In this document: positions 40,880 through 51,490 of the stretch, piece after piece | Layout: every line of letters begins with the position of its first letter | How positions within the stretch are numbered: the stretch's first letter is position 1 | NCBI GenBank assembly: GCA_029932605.1 | Contig: JAOZPT010000002.1 | Coordinates: forward strand, 15,873 to 79,872 | DNA length: 64,000 nt | Reading direction: 5' to 3' | Origin: Candidatus Zixiibacteriota bacterium | GTDB taxonomy: Bacteria; Zixibacteria; MSB-5A5; UBA10806; 4484-95 | Notes under the pieces: model-generated | Databases searched by the model: none | Seen by the model: the letters and a program-made list of their open reading frames with translations, nothing else | What the model was told of the DNA's origin: nothing | Made by a program: the position numbers and the translations under genes

Positions 40880-41859
40880 AGATTTTTCTGGTATTCGATA
40901 CAGAGTTGCTCGATATGTTTAGCCACTTTCAAAGCGGAAAAGCCAGCCTCTCCCGAGACGGCAGGCGGATGTTTTCCCTTGACCGCATCGATAAATGAAT
41001 TTATCTCCATCTGAAGACTATCAGTGGAGGGGATATCAATATCCTCCCTGACAATGACTCGTCCGTCGGGAAGGTTAAATCGTGAGAATAACCCAGCATT
41101 CTTTGCCAATGGCGAATCAGGTTCAGTCAGAATAAAAGATTCCAGCTCTGATGACGCCATATCCATCGAAATATAGCCTGATTTCTGGAAAACCCTAAGT
41201 TTTCGCATCTCCTTTAAAGATATCCGGCTGGCGGTTATATTAGCCACACAACCGGTGGGAAATGTCAGACGGGCGTTGACTATATCAAGCGTATCTGTGA
41301 TAACTCCTACTCCTGCGGCTTCAACCGATGAGGGTTCACTGCCTATGATATCCAGAAGGAGGTCGATATCGTGAATCATCAAATCGAGTATCACAGCCAC
41401 ATCATGACCTCGACCCTTAAAAGAGGCTAATCTGTGAGTTTCTACAAAGCGGGGTTTATCTATCTTTAGCCTGGCCGCCTGGTAGACCGGATTAAATCTT
41501 TCGCTATGGCCTATCTGTAATACCGCATTGTTCTTCCTGGCTGCCTCAACAATCTTCTCGGCAGAATCCAAATCAGGAGCGATGGGCTTTTCCAGAAGCA
41601 CCGCTATTTTATTTTCAAGAAATGGTAAAGAGCATTCGAGATGGTTTTGAGTTGGAACGGCAATGCAGACCGCCTTGACCTCACCGATAAATTCTGTCAA
41701 CGACCTAAAAACCCGGCAATTGAATTCAGAGGCAACCTCCTGGGCTTTATCCGAAACGATGTCAAAACACCCAATGAAATCTACATCAGGTGAAGATGTA
41801 AGTTTGGCGGCGTGGAATTTTCCCATATGCCCACAGCCTATTAACCCAGCCCTGACTAT
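40876..41859 (-). CDS. Gfo/Idh/MocA oxidoreductase (GnnA-like); probable ATA start
   Basis: IVRAGLIGCGHMG Rossmann motif extends 11 codons upstream of the called ATG (41826); EKP, GHSERFNP, DLMIHDID. Confidence 0.88.
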   Translation of the reverse strand: MVRAGLIGCGHMGKFHAAKLTSSPDVDFIGCFDIVSDKAQEVASEFNCRVFRSLTEFIGEVKAVCIAVPTQNHLECSLPFLENKIAVLLEKPIAPDLDSAEKIVEAARKNNAVLQIGHSERFNPVYQAARLKIDKPRFVETHRLASFKGRGHDVAVILDLMIHDIDLLLDIIGSEPSSVEAAGVGVITDTLDIVNARLTFPTGCVANITASRISLKEMRKLRVFQKSGYISMDMASSELESFILTEPDSPLAKNAGLFSRFNLPDGRVIVREDIDIPSTDSLQMEINSFIDAVKGKHPPAVSGEAGFSALKVAKHIEQLCIEYQKNL

Positions 41860-42629
41860 TTGATTACTCCTCTTTCTGATGAGCGGATAAAATCGACTAC
41901 CCGTTTAACCTCCGAAATCATTTCAATCTCTTCCTCTATCTTCTTTAAGGCCTCAGATGTTTTGAGCTTTTTGGAGAGCAAAAAATGAAATGCCTTTTTC
42001 AATTTTAAGATGACGTCTGCAGAAAACCCTCTTCGTTTAAGGCCGATTGTGTTCAGACCCAGGCATCTCAATGGGTACCCGGCATCCAGACTGAAAGGTA
42101 TTATATCCTGAGTAATCCGGAAACCACCACCCACCATCACATGTTCACCTATCTTACAAAACTGGTGGATCACTGTGCCCCCTCCTATTATGGTATAATC
42201 GCCAATCTCGACATGGCCTCCCATCTCCACGCAGTTGGCGATTATAACATCAGAACCTATTATGCAATCATGAGCGACATGCGAATAGGCCATGAACAGA
42301 CAGTTATTACCAATTTCGGATTTTCCATGGGCAGCGGTGCCACGGTTTAACGTAACATACTCACGGATTATGCAGTTTGCACCAACTACGAGTTCGGTTT
42401 TCTCGCCAGCATATTTAAGATCCTGTGGAGGACCGGCTATGGCTGCGCCATGATATATCTTACAACCCGGACCTATATGTGCCCCTGATTTTATTGAGAC
42501 ATGCGAATCGATCCAGACATTTTCACCGATGAGGACATCATCCTCGATAATCGAGTAAGGCCCAATTGTGACACTGTCAGATATTTTTTTCAGATTTGCT
42601 ATTATTGCGGTCTGGTGTATGTCCGGCAT
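41856..42629 (-). CDS. lpxA: Acyl-ACP--UDP-N-acetylglucosamine O-acyltransferase
   Basis: Hexapeptide repeats, PQDLKY, IREYVTLNRGT, HVAHDC, HQF, GLNTIGLKRRGF. Confidence 0.97.
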   Translation of the reverse strand: MPDIHQTAIIANLKKISDSVTIGPYSIIEDDVLIGENVWIDSHVSIKSGAHIGPGCKIYHGAAIAGPPQDLKYAGEKTELVVGANCIIREYVTLNRGTAAHGKSEIGNNCLFMAYSHVAHDCIIGSDVIIANCVEMGGHVEIGDYTIIGGGTVIHQFCKIGEHVMVGGGFRITQDIIPFSLDAGYPLRCLGLNTIGLKRRGFSADVILKLKKAFHFLLSKKLKTSEALKKIEEEIEMISEVKRVVDFIRSSERGVIK

Positions 42630-42690
42630 TGTAATTGTGCCTCAGCCGTAAAATCTTTCTATGTTCATTTCATAATATGGAATCATTGCC

Positions 42691-43938
42691 TTACTTACCT
42701 CTCGGCCCACCGTAAAGCCCCATATCCGAGCGACTGCCATCGTTATCTGTTATCTCTGGGTCGCCTGCGTTAATACATGGCGAGTCCGGCCTGAGATGGT
42801 AATCGTTCTGGCCGACAAACATCGGTTCAACCGAGATATTACCTGATTTATCTGTAAGGTCCGGCATATCACGATACTCGCCATCATGATTATTGTAAAT
42901 ATTATTGTGCGATATGATAAAGTTTTTAAGATAACCGTAGTTCCAGAGACCAACCCGTGGGCAAACCCATTCCTCCCGCCAGCCATTTTCGGTTACGATA
43001 TTATTGGCAAACCGCCCACTGCAAACATCCGACCATATAGCCAATCCACAGTTGCCGTTTTTCGTTACCACATTATTGGTGACATCCATATAGGCTTTGT
43101 TGGTGACAATTATTCCCCAACCCAGATTATCGGTCACCAGATTATTGGAGACAATCGCCCGGCTAGCACCGAAAGCTCCAATACCTTTCCAGTAGTTGCT
43201 GATCTTGTTTCGATATATTTGCGCGGATGCATCCCAAGTAATGCCGATTCCGGCGCCACGACCACCGTTGATATCGTTGTCGGCTATAACGGCAGTAGCC
43301 CCACGATATAAGGCTATTCCATCCCAGCCGTTGTTGAAGAACCGATTACCCAGGATGAATAGTTCAGCCCCCTCACGGCCGAATACTCCTCCGATACCCA
43401 CTGCTAACTCCTCAGGCCGGTCAGTGTTGTCAGCAATCAAACACTCTAATACAGTAACCCTCGAGTTGCGCACAACTATAGCGGCATCAGTAGCGTTACC
43501 GTCAGGATCGCGTTTACCGCCCGTGATTTTTACTTTAGTAATAACTGAATTAGGAGAATTTAAAAAGAGCACACCGTAACCCGCATTGGTTACAAGTGTT
43601 GTCGAATCCACTCCAGAACCTATAACAGTCAAACTTTTATCCTTTATAAGAAAACCATAGCTGGCTTTTACTTTTGTAATATGGGTTTCGCAGTTACCGC
43701 AGAGCGTTTCTGCAAATGCATGTGTTTTCGATTCGAATAATCCCGGGCCTATCCTGATAGTATCATCATCGACTGCATTATCTATGGCTGTTTGAAAATC
43801 ATCATAAAAATTTATCTTGATACCCGTAGTGTCCTTACTAAGACCGATCCGGTGCTCGAATGTGCTATCGCCAACGTATACAACAGCACCATTTGAAATA
43901 ATGGCGCTTAACAAGACAATTATCAGTCCAAACCTCAT
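42691..43938 (-). CDS. Secreted right-handed parallel beta-helix protein
   Basis: Signal peptide; FQTAIDNA..DTIRIGPG; PbH1-like I.NN.I..N...GI repeats; DYHLRPDSPCINAG...DMGLYGG. Confidence 0.85.
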   Translation of the reverse strand: MRFGLIIVLLSAIISNGAVVYVGDSTFEHRIGLSKDTTGIKINFYDDFQTAIDNAVDDDTIRIGPGLFESKTHAFAETLCGNCETHITKVKASYGFLIKDKSLTVIGSGVDSTTLVTNAGYGVLFLNSPNSVITKVKITGGKRDPDGNATDAAIVVRNSRVTVLECLIADNTDRPEELAVGIGGVFGREGAELFILGNRFFNNGWDGIALYRGATAVIADNDINGGRGAGIGITWDASAQIYRNKISNYWKGIGAFGASRAIVSNNLVTDNLGWGIIVTNKAYMDVTNNVVTKNGNCGLAIWSDVCSGRFANNIVTENGWREEWVCPRVGLWNYGYLKNFIISHNNIYNNHDGEYRDMPDLTDKSGNISVEPMFVGQNDYHLRPDSPCINAGDPEITDNDGSRSDMGLYGGPRGK

Positions 43939-44002
43939 GTAGGATATATATAATTTCGCCTTCTCCAGGTCAATCCGTTTTTAAACTGACATCATTTCAA
44001 AC

Positions 44003-44029
44003 AAAAAGGGGAAAAGCCAATTCCCCTTT
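44003..44029 (-). terminator. Rho-independent terminator of the ABC/DUF4340 operon (possibly bidirectional)
   Basis: AAAAAGGGGAA-AAGCCAA-TTCCCCTTT hairpin with a U-tract on the minus strand, ~40 bp after the stop at 44068. Confidence 0.7.
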
Positions 44030-44067
44030 AATCTCTACTGACAAGTTTTATTATATCTCAATAGTTC

Positions 44068-45069
44068 TCAATCTTTTTCAAACGGCTTTTCAAATAGCGA
44101 GCTGAAATAGTAATTCGTTACCTTATAAACAAATGGCTTACCTTTAACCATTGCATAAACGTTTTTAGATGTCGTATCGATCATGTTGCCGAACTCAAAG
44201 CTTATCGTCTCACCATCGGTGGTGGTTATGCTGGCAATATACTTCGGCTTGGCAAAACCTAATTCAGCCGGGTTATCTGGCTTAAATATATCGTTACCTC
44301 TGATAGTTGTGAGCCGGTTCAAAATGTTCTGTATGTCTTTATCCTCAAGTATCTTTCCCTTTTTCGGTTTGATCTGCTGCCAGACATATTTTATCGGCTC
44401 AAGAGTATCCTCTGTGGCCTGTTCCTTTTTCTCAAACAGGTATTTTTTACGTTTAGCGACAATCTCGATTGATTTAACATCGTCTTTGTTGACATCGGCC
44501 ATCTTTAGCTCGGTCCACCTATTGACGGGCATTTTCTTTGAGGGTTCAGCCTGCCATACCGCAAAGCGAGAAATGAAATTCTCGTTAACCATATAAACGG
44601 TGTCACTATTGTAATTGCGAATAAAGCTCGACCGAGAGGCCTGTTTCACGCCCTTACCAACTAGAAAATGAGCAACCTCTGATGAATCAGGACCTAAAAA
44701 CTCGAGGTGCAACGCCAAACTATCAGTGATTTCATAGTCATCGAAAAGCTCCGGTTTGGTAGAGCGGATTTCACCCTTGATGTTTTTTGCATCTTGAAGG
44801 ATTTTTTCGATATCGCTTTGTTTGCCAGGAACATCATAATACGATGAGATAACCCACTGCCCCTCTTTTTTGGCAAATGCTAAACCGGAATCTGGATATT
44901 CCTGCTTGTAAACCTTTATGTAACTGACGCTGGAGGGATTCAAATCGGGGAATAGTTGAATGAAGCTTTCCGTTGCACTTTTCCTGCCGGTAGATAAATT
45001 TTGAATTATATAGACAATTATAAGAACCCCCAGAACCGACAACAGAACAATAAAGCTCTTGTTTCTCAT
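44068..45069 (-). CDS. DUF4340 domain protein
   Basis: N-terminal TM anchor and two repeated domains; typical position after a GldG-like gene. Confidence 0.8.
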   Translation of the reverse strand: MRNKSFIVLLSVLGVLIIVYIIQNLSTGRKSATESFIQLFPDLNPSSVSYIKVYKQEYPDSGLAFAKKEGQWVISSYYDVPGKQSDIEKILQDAKNIKGEIRSTKPELFDDYEITDSLALHLEFLGPDSSEVAHFLVGKGVKQASRSSFIRNYNSDTVYMVNENFISRFAVWQAEPSKKMPVNRWTELKMADVNKDDVKSIEIVAKRKKYLFEKKEQATEDTLEPIKYVWQQIKPKKGKILEDKDIQNILNRLTTIRGNDIFKPDNPAELGFAKPKYIASITTTDGETISFEFGNMIDTTSKNVYAMVKGKPFVYKVTNYYFSSLFEKPFEKD

Positions 45070-45079
45070 TTAACTCACC

Positions 45080-47530
45080 TCATAAAGTTGATTGTTCGAG
45101 CAAACGATGATAAGCCTCTCGCCTTTGACGTCTCATCATGTATCGCACAATGCCAATCACAATTAAAATCAAAGGCACTAAAATAATCACGAAAAATCTC
45201 CAAAACATCTTGGCCGCAGCCGTAGTTTCATCGATAAACCTTGTTGTTATCATCTTGGTTCGGACATTGATGAGATCATTACCCAAAACAAGGGCATCGA
45301 CCGAATTAAGCATCAAGAGGGCATTACCAACCGCTCCTACGATTTGATCTGAAAACATTTCCCCACATCCAAATAATATCATCTTACCGGGAGATTTTTT
45401 AATCTTTACAGGTTCGTTATTGACCCCGGTAGTGTCCGATTGGCCAGGCCATTTGGGTGGTGGTGTATTCTCATAGGCATCGGGAAATTGACCAGTAACA
45501 AGAAGTGCCAGAAACTGTGGTCCCAACATTTCATGATTTTTAGGATCGATATCTTCAGGAGTAAGTGCCCCGGCGGAGAAAGGAACGGTCCAGGTCCTTG
45601 GTGATGACGTGCAAAGTACTTTACAGTCAAGGCCCAGCTCCGACAGTTTGCTCTCATCATATTTTAAACTACTACCCCAGAGATACAACAAGCTAGAAAT
45701 CCTGTTGGTGATTGATACTTCCGAGTTCAACTCTTTATCGGTAACTTTAATCTGTATAGGCAGTTTTACCGGTGTTTGAACGGTTGTAGTCAAAAATCCA
45801 CCTATGGTCTGCCTGGTGGGAATCGAGAGCACCTCCTGATTTGCATCCATCAGTATATCATCGTTGACTGAAAGGCCATAGTGCTCGAGAAGGTCATTGA
45901 CTCCCGGACGGTTAGGCGAGGGTACAACCCTAATACCAGCACCACGTTGTGGCATATAATTAAAGCTGTAGTTCTGTATCCCCATTATCACATTTTTACC
46001 GGAGACGATCGCTCTGTTTATCTCCCAGCGCTGCCGGTCAGAGAGGTTTCGGGGAGACAATACAATCATCAGGTCAAAATCATCAGGCAATGGATCCGAT
46101 TGAGTCATCTCTGTCCTGATGACCTCATAATCCTCGTTTTGGAGGATTTTAGCAACGCTGGTGAATCTATCCTCCTTTTCAGGTATGTCCTGACCCATTT
46201 GCCTTAAATATCGTTGCATGCGCGGATCCTGCTGGGAGATATCATAAGGTGCAACTAATACTACTCTGGGTTTCTTATCCATAGTCATCCTAAATATCTT
46301 GGATAAGAGCTCATATTCAAGATTGGCGAGGTTTTGAGGGGTAACCTGAGGAATGATTTGATCTGGTTTATCAAGGTATGAGATAGCAATGGCGGAATAA
46401 ATCCTTTTTATACCAAAAGAATCTTTCTCAACCGTCCGAGTATCAAACGGATACACACCCTTTTGCTCGAGAGTCCCAACCATATCGACATCGGCCGTAG
46501 GGTCAATAACCTCGAAGCGGAAGCGGTCTGAAACAACCTCGAACTCACGTAAAAGGTCTGTGACTTCCTGCTCGATATTCTTCATAGCCGGAGGCATCTT
46601 CTCCCTAGGAGAAACATAGTAACGAACAGTTATTGGAGCATCCTTGAGTTTTTTGAGAATATTTTTTGATGCTGGACTGATCGTGTAAATTTTCCCCTCG
46701 GTAAGGTCAAATCGTCCTAAATGTAAATTGCCAGCGACCAGGTTCAACATTATGGCTACGGCTAAACCAATTATCGCATTAACAGCAAACCTCTTCTCGG
46801 CCAGCCGGCGCATTAACTGTTCGACCGTTACAGAATTTAGCCACAAAAACAAAACTGTATATGAAGCGAAATATATTATGTCTCGTATATCAAGCACACC
46901 TCGCTCTATTGATGAGAAATGGGTAGCTGTTCCAACGGATTGCATCAGAAATGAACCTAGACCACCAAACCAACCGTCCAGAACTATGGCGATATAGTCA
47001 GTTCCAAGCATGTAAAACACAAAGCAAGCTACCATGCTTAATATGAAGGCTATAATCTGGTCTTTGAACAAGCCCGATATAAAAATACCGACTGAGAGGT
47101 AAAACGCTCCCAGAAAAGCGGCGCCTAAATATCCCCCGAAAATAGGTCCTATATCAGGATTGCCCAGAAAGAGAATCATTATCGGGATGACAATAGTACC
47201 AGCAAGAGATACCAGATAAAATAAAAAGCTGGCTAAAAATTTGCCAACAACCAGTTGACTCCCGGTAATGGGAAATGATTGTAAAAGGGCTATTGTACCG
47301 CCCTTGGCATCCTCCGACCAGAGACGCATCGTCACCGCTGGAATAAAAATGATAAGGGATATTGGCAAGAGGGCAAAAAATCCGCGCATATCAGCAGTCC
47401 CAGCAAGGAAAAACGAGGTCATGAACAAACCGCTGTTAACCGCTAAAAAAACAATAATAAATATGTAAGCTATGGGAGCGTTAAAATAGGCGACAAACTC
47501 ACGTATGAATATGGTTTTTATGTTTTTCAT
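45080..47530 (-). CDS. Fused GldF-like ABC permease / GldG-like auxiliary protein
   Basis: REFVAYFNAPIAY, PAVTMRLWSED, RFDLTEGKIYTIS, LEYEL; ATG 47530 overlaps upstream TGA. Confidence 0.88.
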   Translation of the reverse strand: MKNIKTIFIREFVAYFNAPIAYIFIIVFLAVNSGLFMTSFFLAGTADMRGFFALLPISLIIFIPAVTMRLWSEDAKGGTIALLQSFPITGSQLVVGKFLASFLFYLVSLAGTIVIPIMILFLGNPDIGPIFGGYLGAAFLGAFYLSVGIFISGLFKDQIIAFILSMVACFVFYMLGTDYIAIVLDGWFGGLGSFLMQSVGTATHFSSIERGVLDIRDIIYFASYTVLFLWLNSVTVEQLMRRLAEKRFAVNAIIGLAVAIMLNLVAGNLHLGRFDLTEGKIYTISPASKNILKKLKDAPITVRYYVSPREKMPPAMKNIEQEVTDLLREFEVVSDRFRFEVIDPTADVDMVGTLEQKGVYPFDTRTVEKDSFGIKRIYSAIAISYLDKPDQIIPQVTPQNLANLEYELLSKIFRMTMDKKPRVVLVAPYDISQQDPRMQRYLRQMGQDIPEKEDRFTSVAKILQNEDYEVIRTEMTQSDPLPDDFDLMIVLSPRNLSDRQRWEINRAIVSGKNVIMGIQNYSFNYMPQRGAGIRVVPSPNRPGVNDLLEHYGLSVNDDILMDANQEVLSIPTRQTIGGFLTTTVQTPVKLPIQIKVTDKELNSEVSITNRISSLLYLWGSSLKYDESKLSELGLDCKVLCTSSPRTWTVPFSAGALTPEDIDPKNHEMLGPQFLALLVTGQFPDAYENTPPPKWPGQSDTTGVNNEPVKIKKSPGKMILFGCGEMFSDQIVGAVGNALLMLNSVDALVLGNDLINVRTKMITTRFIDETTAAAKMFWRFFVIILVPLILIVIGIVRYMMRRQRREAYHRLLEQSTL

Positions 47531-48468
47531 TTTCCTGCACTCTCCTTGGTCAGTTGGATAAAGGCCTGCTCGAGACTTGATTTGCTGGGGGAAAACTCCT
47601 TTACCAACCAACCTTCTGTTTTAACCTTCTCCGAAATGGCTTTCCAGTCCTTCTCAAAATCGGTGCTAGTGATAATGAACCGGCTAAATTCTCCATCACC
47701 ACCTGTATATTCAAGGTGAATATTCCCATTAAAATCCTTAAACGAGGCTTCAACTTTCTGCCTCTCTGCTTTTATTTCAAGAACATAACCTTGGTTCTCA
47801 CCAGCCATCTGCCTGAGTTCATCAGGAGTGCCATCAGCTATGATTATTCCCTCGTTGATAATGACTATTCGGTCGGATATGGCCTCAACCTCCTGTAAAA
47901 TATGTGTGGAAAATATAATGGTCTTGTGAGCTGAAAGCTCCTTAATAAGTTGCCGTATGCCAATAATTTGAAGAGGATCAAGCCCCGAGGTCGGTTCATC
48001 CATGACCAATACTTCAGGGTCATGTATCAAGGCCTGAGCCAATCCTACTCGTTGACGGAATCCTCGTGAAAGCTCACCGATGGGGCGGCGAAAAACCTCC
48101 TTTATTTTGCAAGAGTTAACCACCCAATCGATCCTGGACCTCAAACGATTGTTATCAAGACCTCGGCCTTTACCAACGAACTCCAGATATTCTACCACCT
48201 CCATGTCGTTGTAAAGAGGAGCTGTCTCCGGAAGGTATCCTACCTTTTTACGCACCTCTATCGGGTCTTCAAGGATGTCGATTCCAGCAACAGTAACCGT
48301 GCCATCAGTAGGAACCATCTGGGTGGTTACAATTTTCATACAGGTAGTCTTACCAGCACCATTAGGCCCCATAAGCCCCATCACCTGGTTGGAGGAAGCG
48401 ACAAAGGAGACATCGATCAAGGCCTTGGTTGTTCCGTAATTCATATAAAGATTTTTAACTTCAACCAT
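47527..48468 (-). CDS. ABC transporter ATP-binding protein (GldA-like)
   Basis: GPNGAGKTT, LSRGFRQRVGLAQA, DEPTSGLDP. Confidence 0.95.
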   Translation of the reverse strand: MVEVKNLYMNYGTTKALIDVSFVASSNQVMGLMGPNGAGKTTCMKIVTTQMVPTDGTVTVAGIDILEDPIEVRKKVGYLPETAPLYNDMEVVEYLEFVGKGRGLDNNRLRSRIDWVVNSCKIKEVFRRPIGELSRGFRQRVGLAQALIHDPEVLVMDEPTSGLDPLQIIGIRQLIKELSAHKTIIFSTHILQEVEAISDRIVIINEGIIIADGTPDELRQMAGENQGYVLEIKAERQKVEASFKDFNGNIHLEYTGGDGEFSRFIITSTDFEKDWKAISEKVKTEGWLVKEFSPSKSSLEQAFIQLTKESAGK

Positions 48469-48689
48469 CCATCACTCCTTTTATCATTGTTAAACACACC
48501 CACAAAAACCGATAGCCCAAATTGTTTTTTTTTACTTATAGGGCCAATTATTGTTCATCAAAAATATTATTTTTTCACCATTTAGCAAGAAAAAATATCT
48601 ATGAATTATGTCCTCTCTCTTTAGTTATGCTTTGTTTTTTTCTAAATCCCGTGCTTGACTCAAATAACCATATCCTTTATCATTGTTTT

Positions 48690-50198
48690 ATGCAAATGGC
48701 TGTAAAGTTGACCATTGTTATTATGATAACGTTCTTTTTGTTTGCCTATGCTATCCCTGCAGATTACGACAATCCTAATCTTTTCGACCGGTTAGATCCA
48801 AGGTTGCCCGGCCATAGAGCTATCCTCCTTTCACGCTTGCAGGTGGCTTCGGGAAACATACCGTCGGTAGATTATAAGCAGTTAAGTAGAATAAGCCAAA
48901 GAGGTTTAAACAGAGAATTTTTTAATTTTCTCAAAAAGCCGAGAGCATACCCATTCAATTTTACGAAAGATGACTTCAGGTTCTCAGCCGGTTTTCAAAT
49001 CAAAGAGGACTGGCTGGGCATTGCTGAAGGTGGAGAAAGTATTAGCAACTTACAAACAGTTCTGACAATTAAGGGTAAGGCAATTCTGAAAGATAAAATA
49101 GAATTTCACCAGGATTTAACATTATTCCGCGCCGATAGCACTGAAAATCTCAATGATATCTCAACTACCGGTGAATTCTTAAAAGATCCACTGCTCTCTT
49201 ATCCGCTGGCTGGTCGTGGACCCGTAGCCTCAAGCCAAAACATCTTGGATGTACAAACTGACAGAGCTTTCATCAAAACCGAGCTTTACGGTATCGGCAT
49301 CCAGTTTGGCAGAGATCGATTACAGTTCAAAATAGGGTATCATTCAGGTTTGTTGTTTTCAGGTTTGACACGTCCAGTGGATATGTTTTACAAGCTGGAT
49401 TATAATGTCTGGCGATTTAGTTTTACAGCTTTATCAGGTCAGTTAACCGATGCCGGTAAAAGATACATATCTGCCAAAAGGGCAACTCTCAGATTAGCCC
49501 ATAATCTTCAAATTGGGGCTACCGAGGCTGTTGGCTTTGCTGATGATCCAACCGCTTATATCAACCCTCTTATGTTGTTTTACCTGATCCATCGCCACCG
49601 CCCCAACAACCAGGATAATTTATTGGCTTCGTTCGACATATCATATACACCAATGAAAAATCTCAATCTTTACGGTGAATTTCTTGATGATGATCTTATT
49701 CTATTCGAAGGGGGCGCCTCAAAATACGGTTTTTTATTTGGTTTGTATAAATCCCAACTGTTTTCTGAAAGGGTCGACTTAAGACTTGAGTATTCGCATG
49801 TAAGAAAATGGACCTATACCCATGTCAGCCTGATAAACGCCTGGGAGTATCGTGGTCAGCCATTCGGTTTCTGGCTTGGCCCTGACGCCGATGAGCTATT
49901 CGGACAATTAAATTTCTTTCTATCGCCCTCCTCGGTATTGAAAATAAACTTTGATTATGTGCGTAAGGGCGAGGGCGATATGTATCATCCTTATGAAGAA
50001 GAACAGGGGGACAAATCGCCTCCTTTTCCTTCCGGATTGGTCGAAAAATCGACAGGCTCATGGTTTGATGTAAGACATGAGTTTTCCAGATTTATATTTC
50101 TTTCTCGCCTGGGCTATCGCTTTATAGATAACCGTCTTAATATACCGGATGATGTCGATAGTTACTTTGCTCATATAGTGATCGTTTATGATTTTTAA
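48690..50198 (+). CDS. Capsule assembly Wzi-family outer membrane protein
   Basis: Signal peptide after ATG 48690/48696; QFGRD, YINPL, DNLL, YGEFLDDD, GFWLGPDAD; terminal YDF. Confidence 0.75.
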   Translation: MQMAVKLTIVIMITFFLFAYAIPADYDNPNLFDRLDPRLPGHRAILLSRLQVASGNIPSVDYKQLSRISQRGLNREFFNFLKKPRAYPFNFTKDDFRFSAGFQIKEDWLGIAEGGESISNLQTVLTIKGKAILKDKIEFHQDLTLFRADSTENLNDISTTGEFLKDPLLSYPLAGRGPVASSQNILDVQTDRAFIKTELYGIGIQFGRDRLQFKIGYHSGLLFSGLTRPVDMFYKLDYNVWRFSFTALSGQLTDAGKRYISAKRATLRLAHNLQIGATEAVGFADDPTAYINPLMLFYLIHRHRPNNQDNLLASFDISYTPMKNLNLYGEFLDDDLILFEGGASKYGFLFGLYKSQLFSERVDLRLEYSHVRKWTYTHVSLINAWEYRGQPFGFWLGPDADELFGQLNFFLSPSSVLKINFDYVRKGEGDMYHPYEEEQGDKSPPFPSGLVEKSTGSWFDVRHEFSRFIFLSRLGYRFIDNRLNIPDDVDSYFAHIVIVYDF

Positions 50199-50257
50199 AA
50201 CGACTAAAACCGTTCAAGGCATAATCGACACCGATAATATAAACTATTTATAATATC

Positions 50258-51490
50258 TTGAAAAAATCTCTAAATAAAATAATTATTATTTACACAATCG
50301 CCGTAATTCTCAGAATTATTACTGTTCTTCTTTTTGCAGATAAAAATTATATATTCTTTGAACCTTATGTTATTGGTAAAAACCTTGCTGATGGATTAGG
50401 TTATACATTTGGCTGGTATGGCAAGGTTCCGCTTCAACCGACAGCCCTGTTTCCACCGATTTATACATTATTCATTGCTTCAATTTTAAGTATATTTAAA
50501 AACCCCGATACTATATTCATCGTTCAATCTTTTTTAAATGCAGCTTGTGTTTTCCCTGCATATATTCTTGGCAGTTATATCAAAGACAAAAATACGGGGC
50601 TGATATCTTCTTTACTGGTGGCGGCTTTTCCGCAAATGGTCTTTGTTCCAGCCAAACTTGTCTCTGAAAATTTTTTCATTCCGCTCTTCGGTGTAACTAT
50701 CTACTCATACATATCAATCAGAGAAAAAATTTTTGGTCATAACATGAGGTTAATATTTTATGGCATTTTAGTAGGTTTGCTTACGCTAACAAAGTCCATA
50801 GGGATACTATTATTGATAACCGCAATTCTGGATATTTTCCTTAAAGGTAATAAAATTAAATATTCAATAAAACATTCGCTTTTTATTTTAATTGCTTTTT
50901 TATCCATCATGACACCCTGGATGATAAGGAATACAATTGAACTTGGTTATCCGATAATGACCCGAACAGGTTTGGGCTTTAACCTCTGGAGAGGGAATCA
51001 TCAAGGAGCCTCAGGCACCGGCCGGGTTTCGCCATGGTTGACTATCGAAAAAGCCATGTCTTATGAATATAAAAATTATATCCAACAAAATCTTCCAGAA
51101 AATGAACTTGAGATTGATAATTTCTATAAAAATGAAGCGCTAAGGTTCATCAGGAAAAATCCGATAAAATTTACCTGGCTGAGCCTGAAGAGACTTATAT
51201 ACTTCCTGACTATCGATCCTACTCATTACTTAACCAGAAATGTCATATACATAGCCAGTTATATTTTCTTAATGATCTTCGGTATATCAGGTATTATCAG
51301 CATGGTCAAAAAGAAGCGATGGAACGCGTATTTTACCATGACTATTGTCTCATTTATTGTCGTTTACTCGGTAGTTATGGTACTTCCCCGATATCGCCTG
51401 CCATTAACCTGGCTTCTTTTATGTTTCTCTTCAATACCTCTCTCGAGATATCTATTGAAGGTTAAGGTAATTAAAACCCTGATCACTTAA
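50258..51490 (+). CDS. GT-C (ArnT/PMT-like) membrane glycosyltransferase
   Basis: AL.PP.Y, SENF, PWMIRN, GFNLWRGN, PRYRLP; many TM helices. Confidence 0.8.
   Translation: MKKSLNKIIIIYTIAVILRIITVLLFADKNYIFFEPYVIGKNLADGLGYTFGWYGKVPLQPTALFPPIYTLFIASILSIFKNPDTIFIVQSFLNAACVFPAYILGSYIKDKNTGLISSLLVAAFPQMVFVPAKLVSENFFIPLFGVTIYSYISIREKIFGHNMRLIFYGILVGLLTLTKSIGILLLITAILDIFLKGNKIKYSIKHSLFILIAFLSIMTPWMIRNTIELGYPIMTRTGLGFNLWRGNHQGASGTGRVSPWLTIEKAMSYEYKNYIQQNLPENELEIDNFYKNEALRFIRKNPIKFTWLSLKRLIYFLTIDPTHYLTRNVIYIASYIFLMIFGISGIISMVKKKRWNAYFTMTIVSFIVVYSVVMVLPRYRLPLTWLLLCFSSIPLSRYLLKVKVIKTLIT

Noticed and set aside
47531..47611. N-terminal extension of the 843 aa permease ORF
   Set aside because: Overlaps the ATPase gene; ATG 47530 in an ATGA overlap is the better start
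48522..48689. N-terminal extension of the Wzi-like ORF
   Set aside because: AT-rich divergent promoter region; the signal peptide begins at 48690/48696
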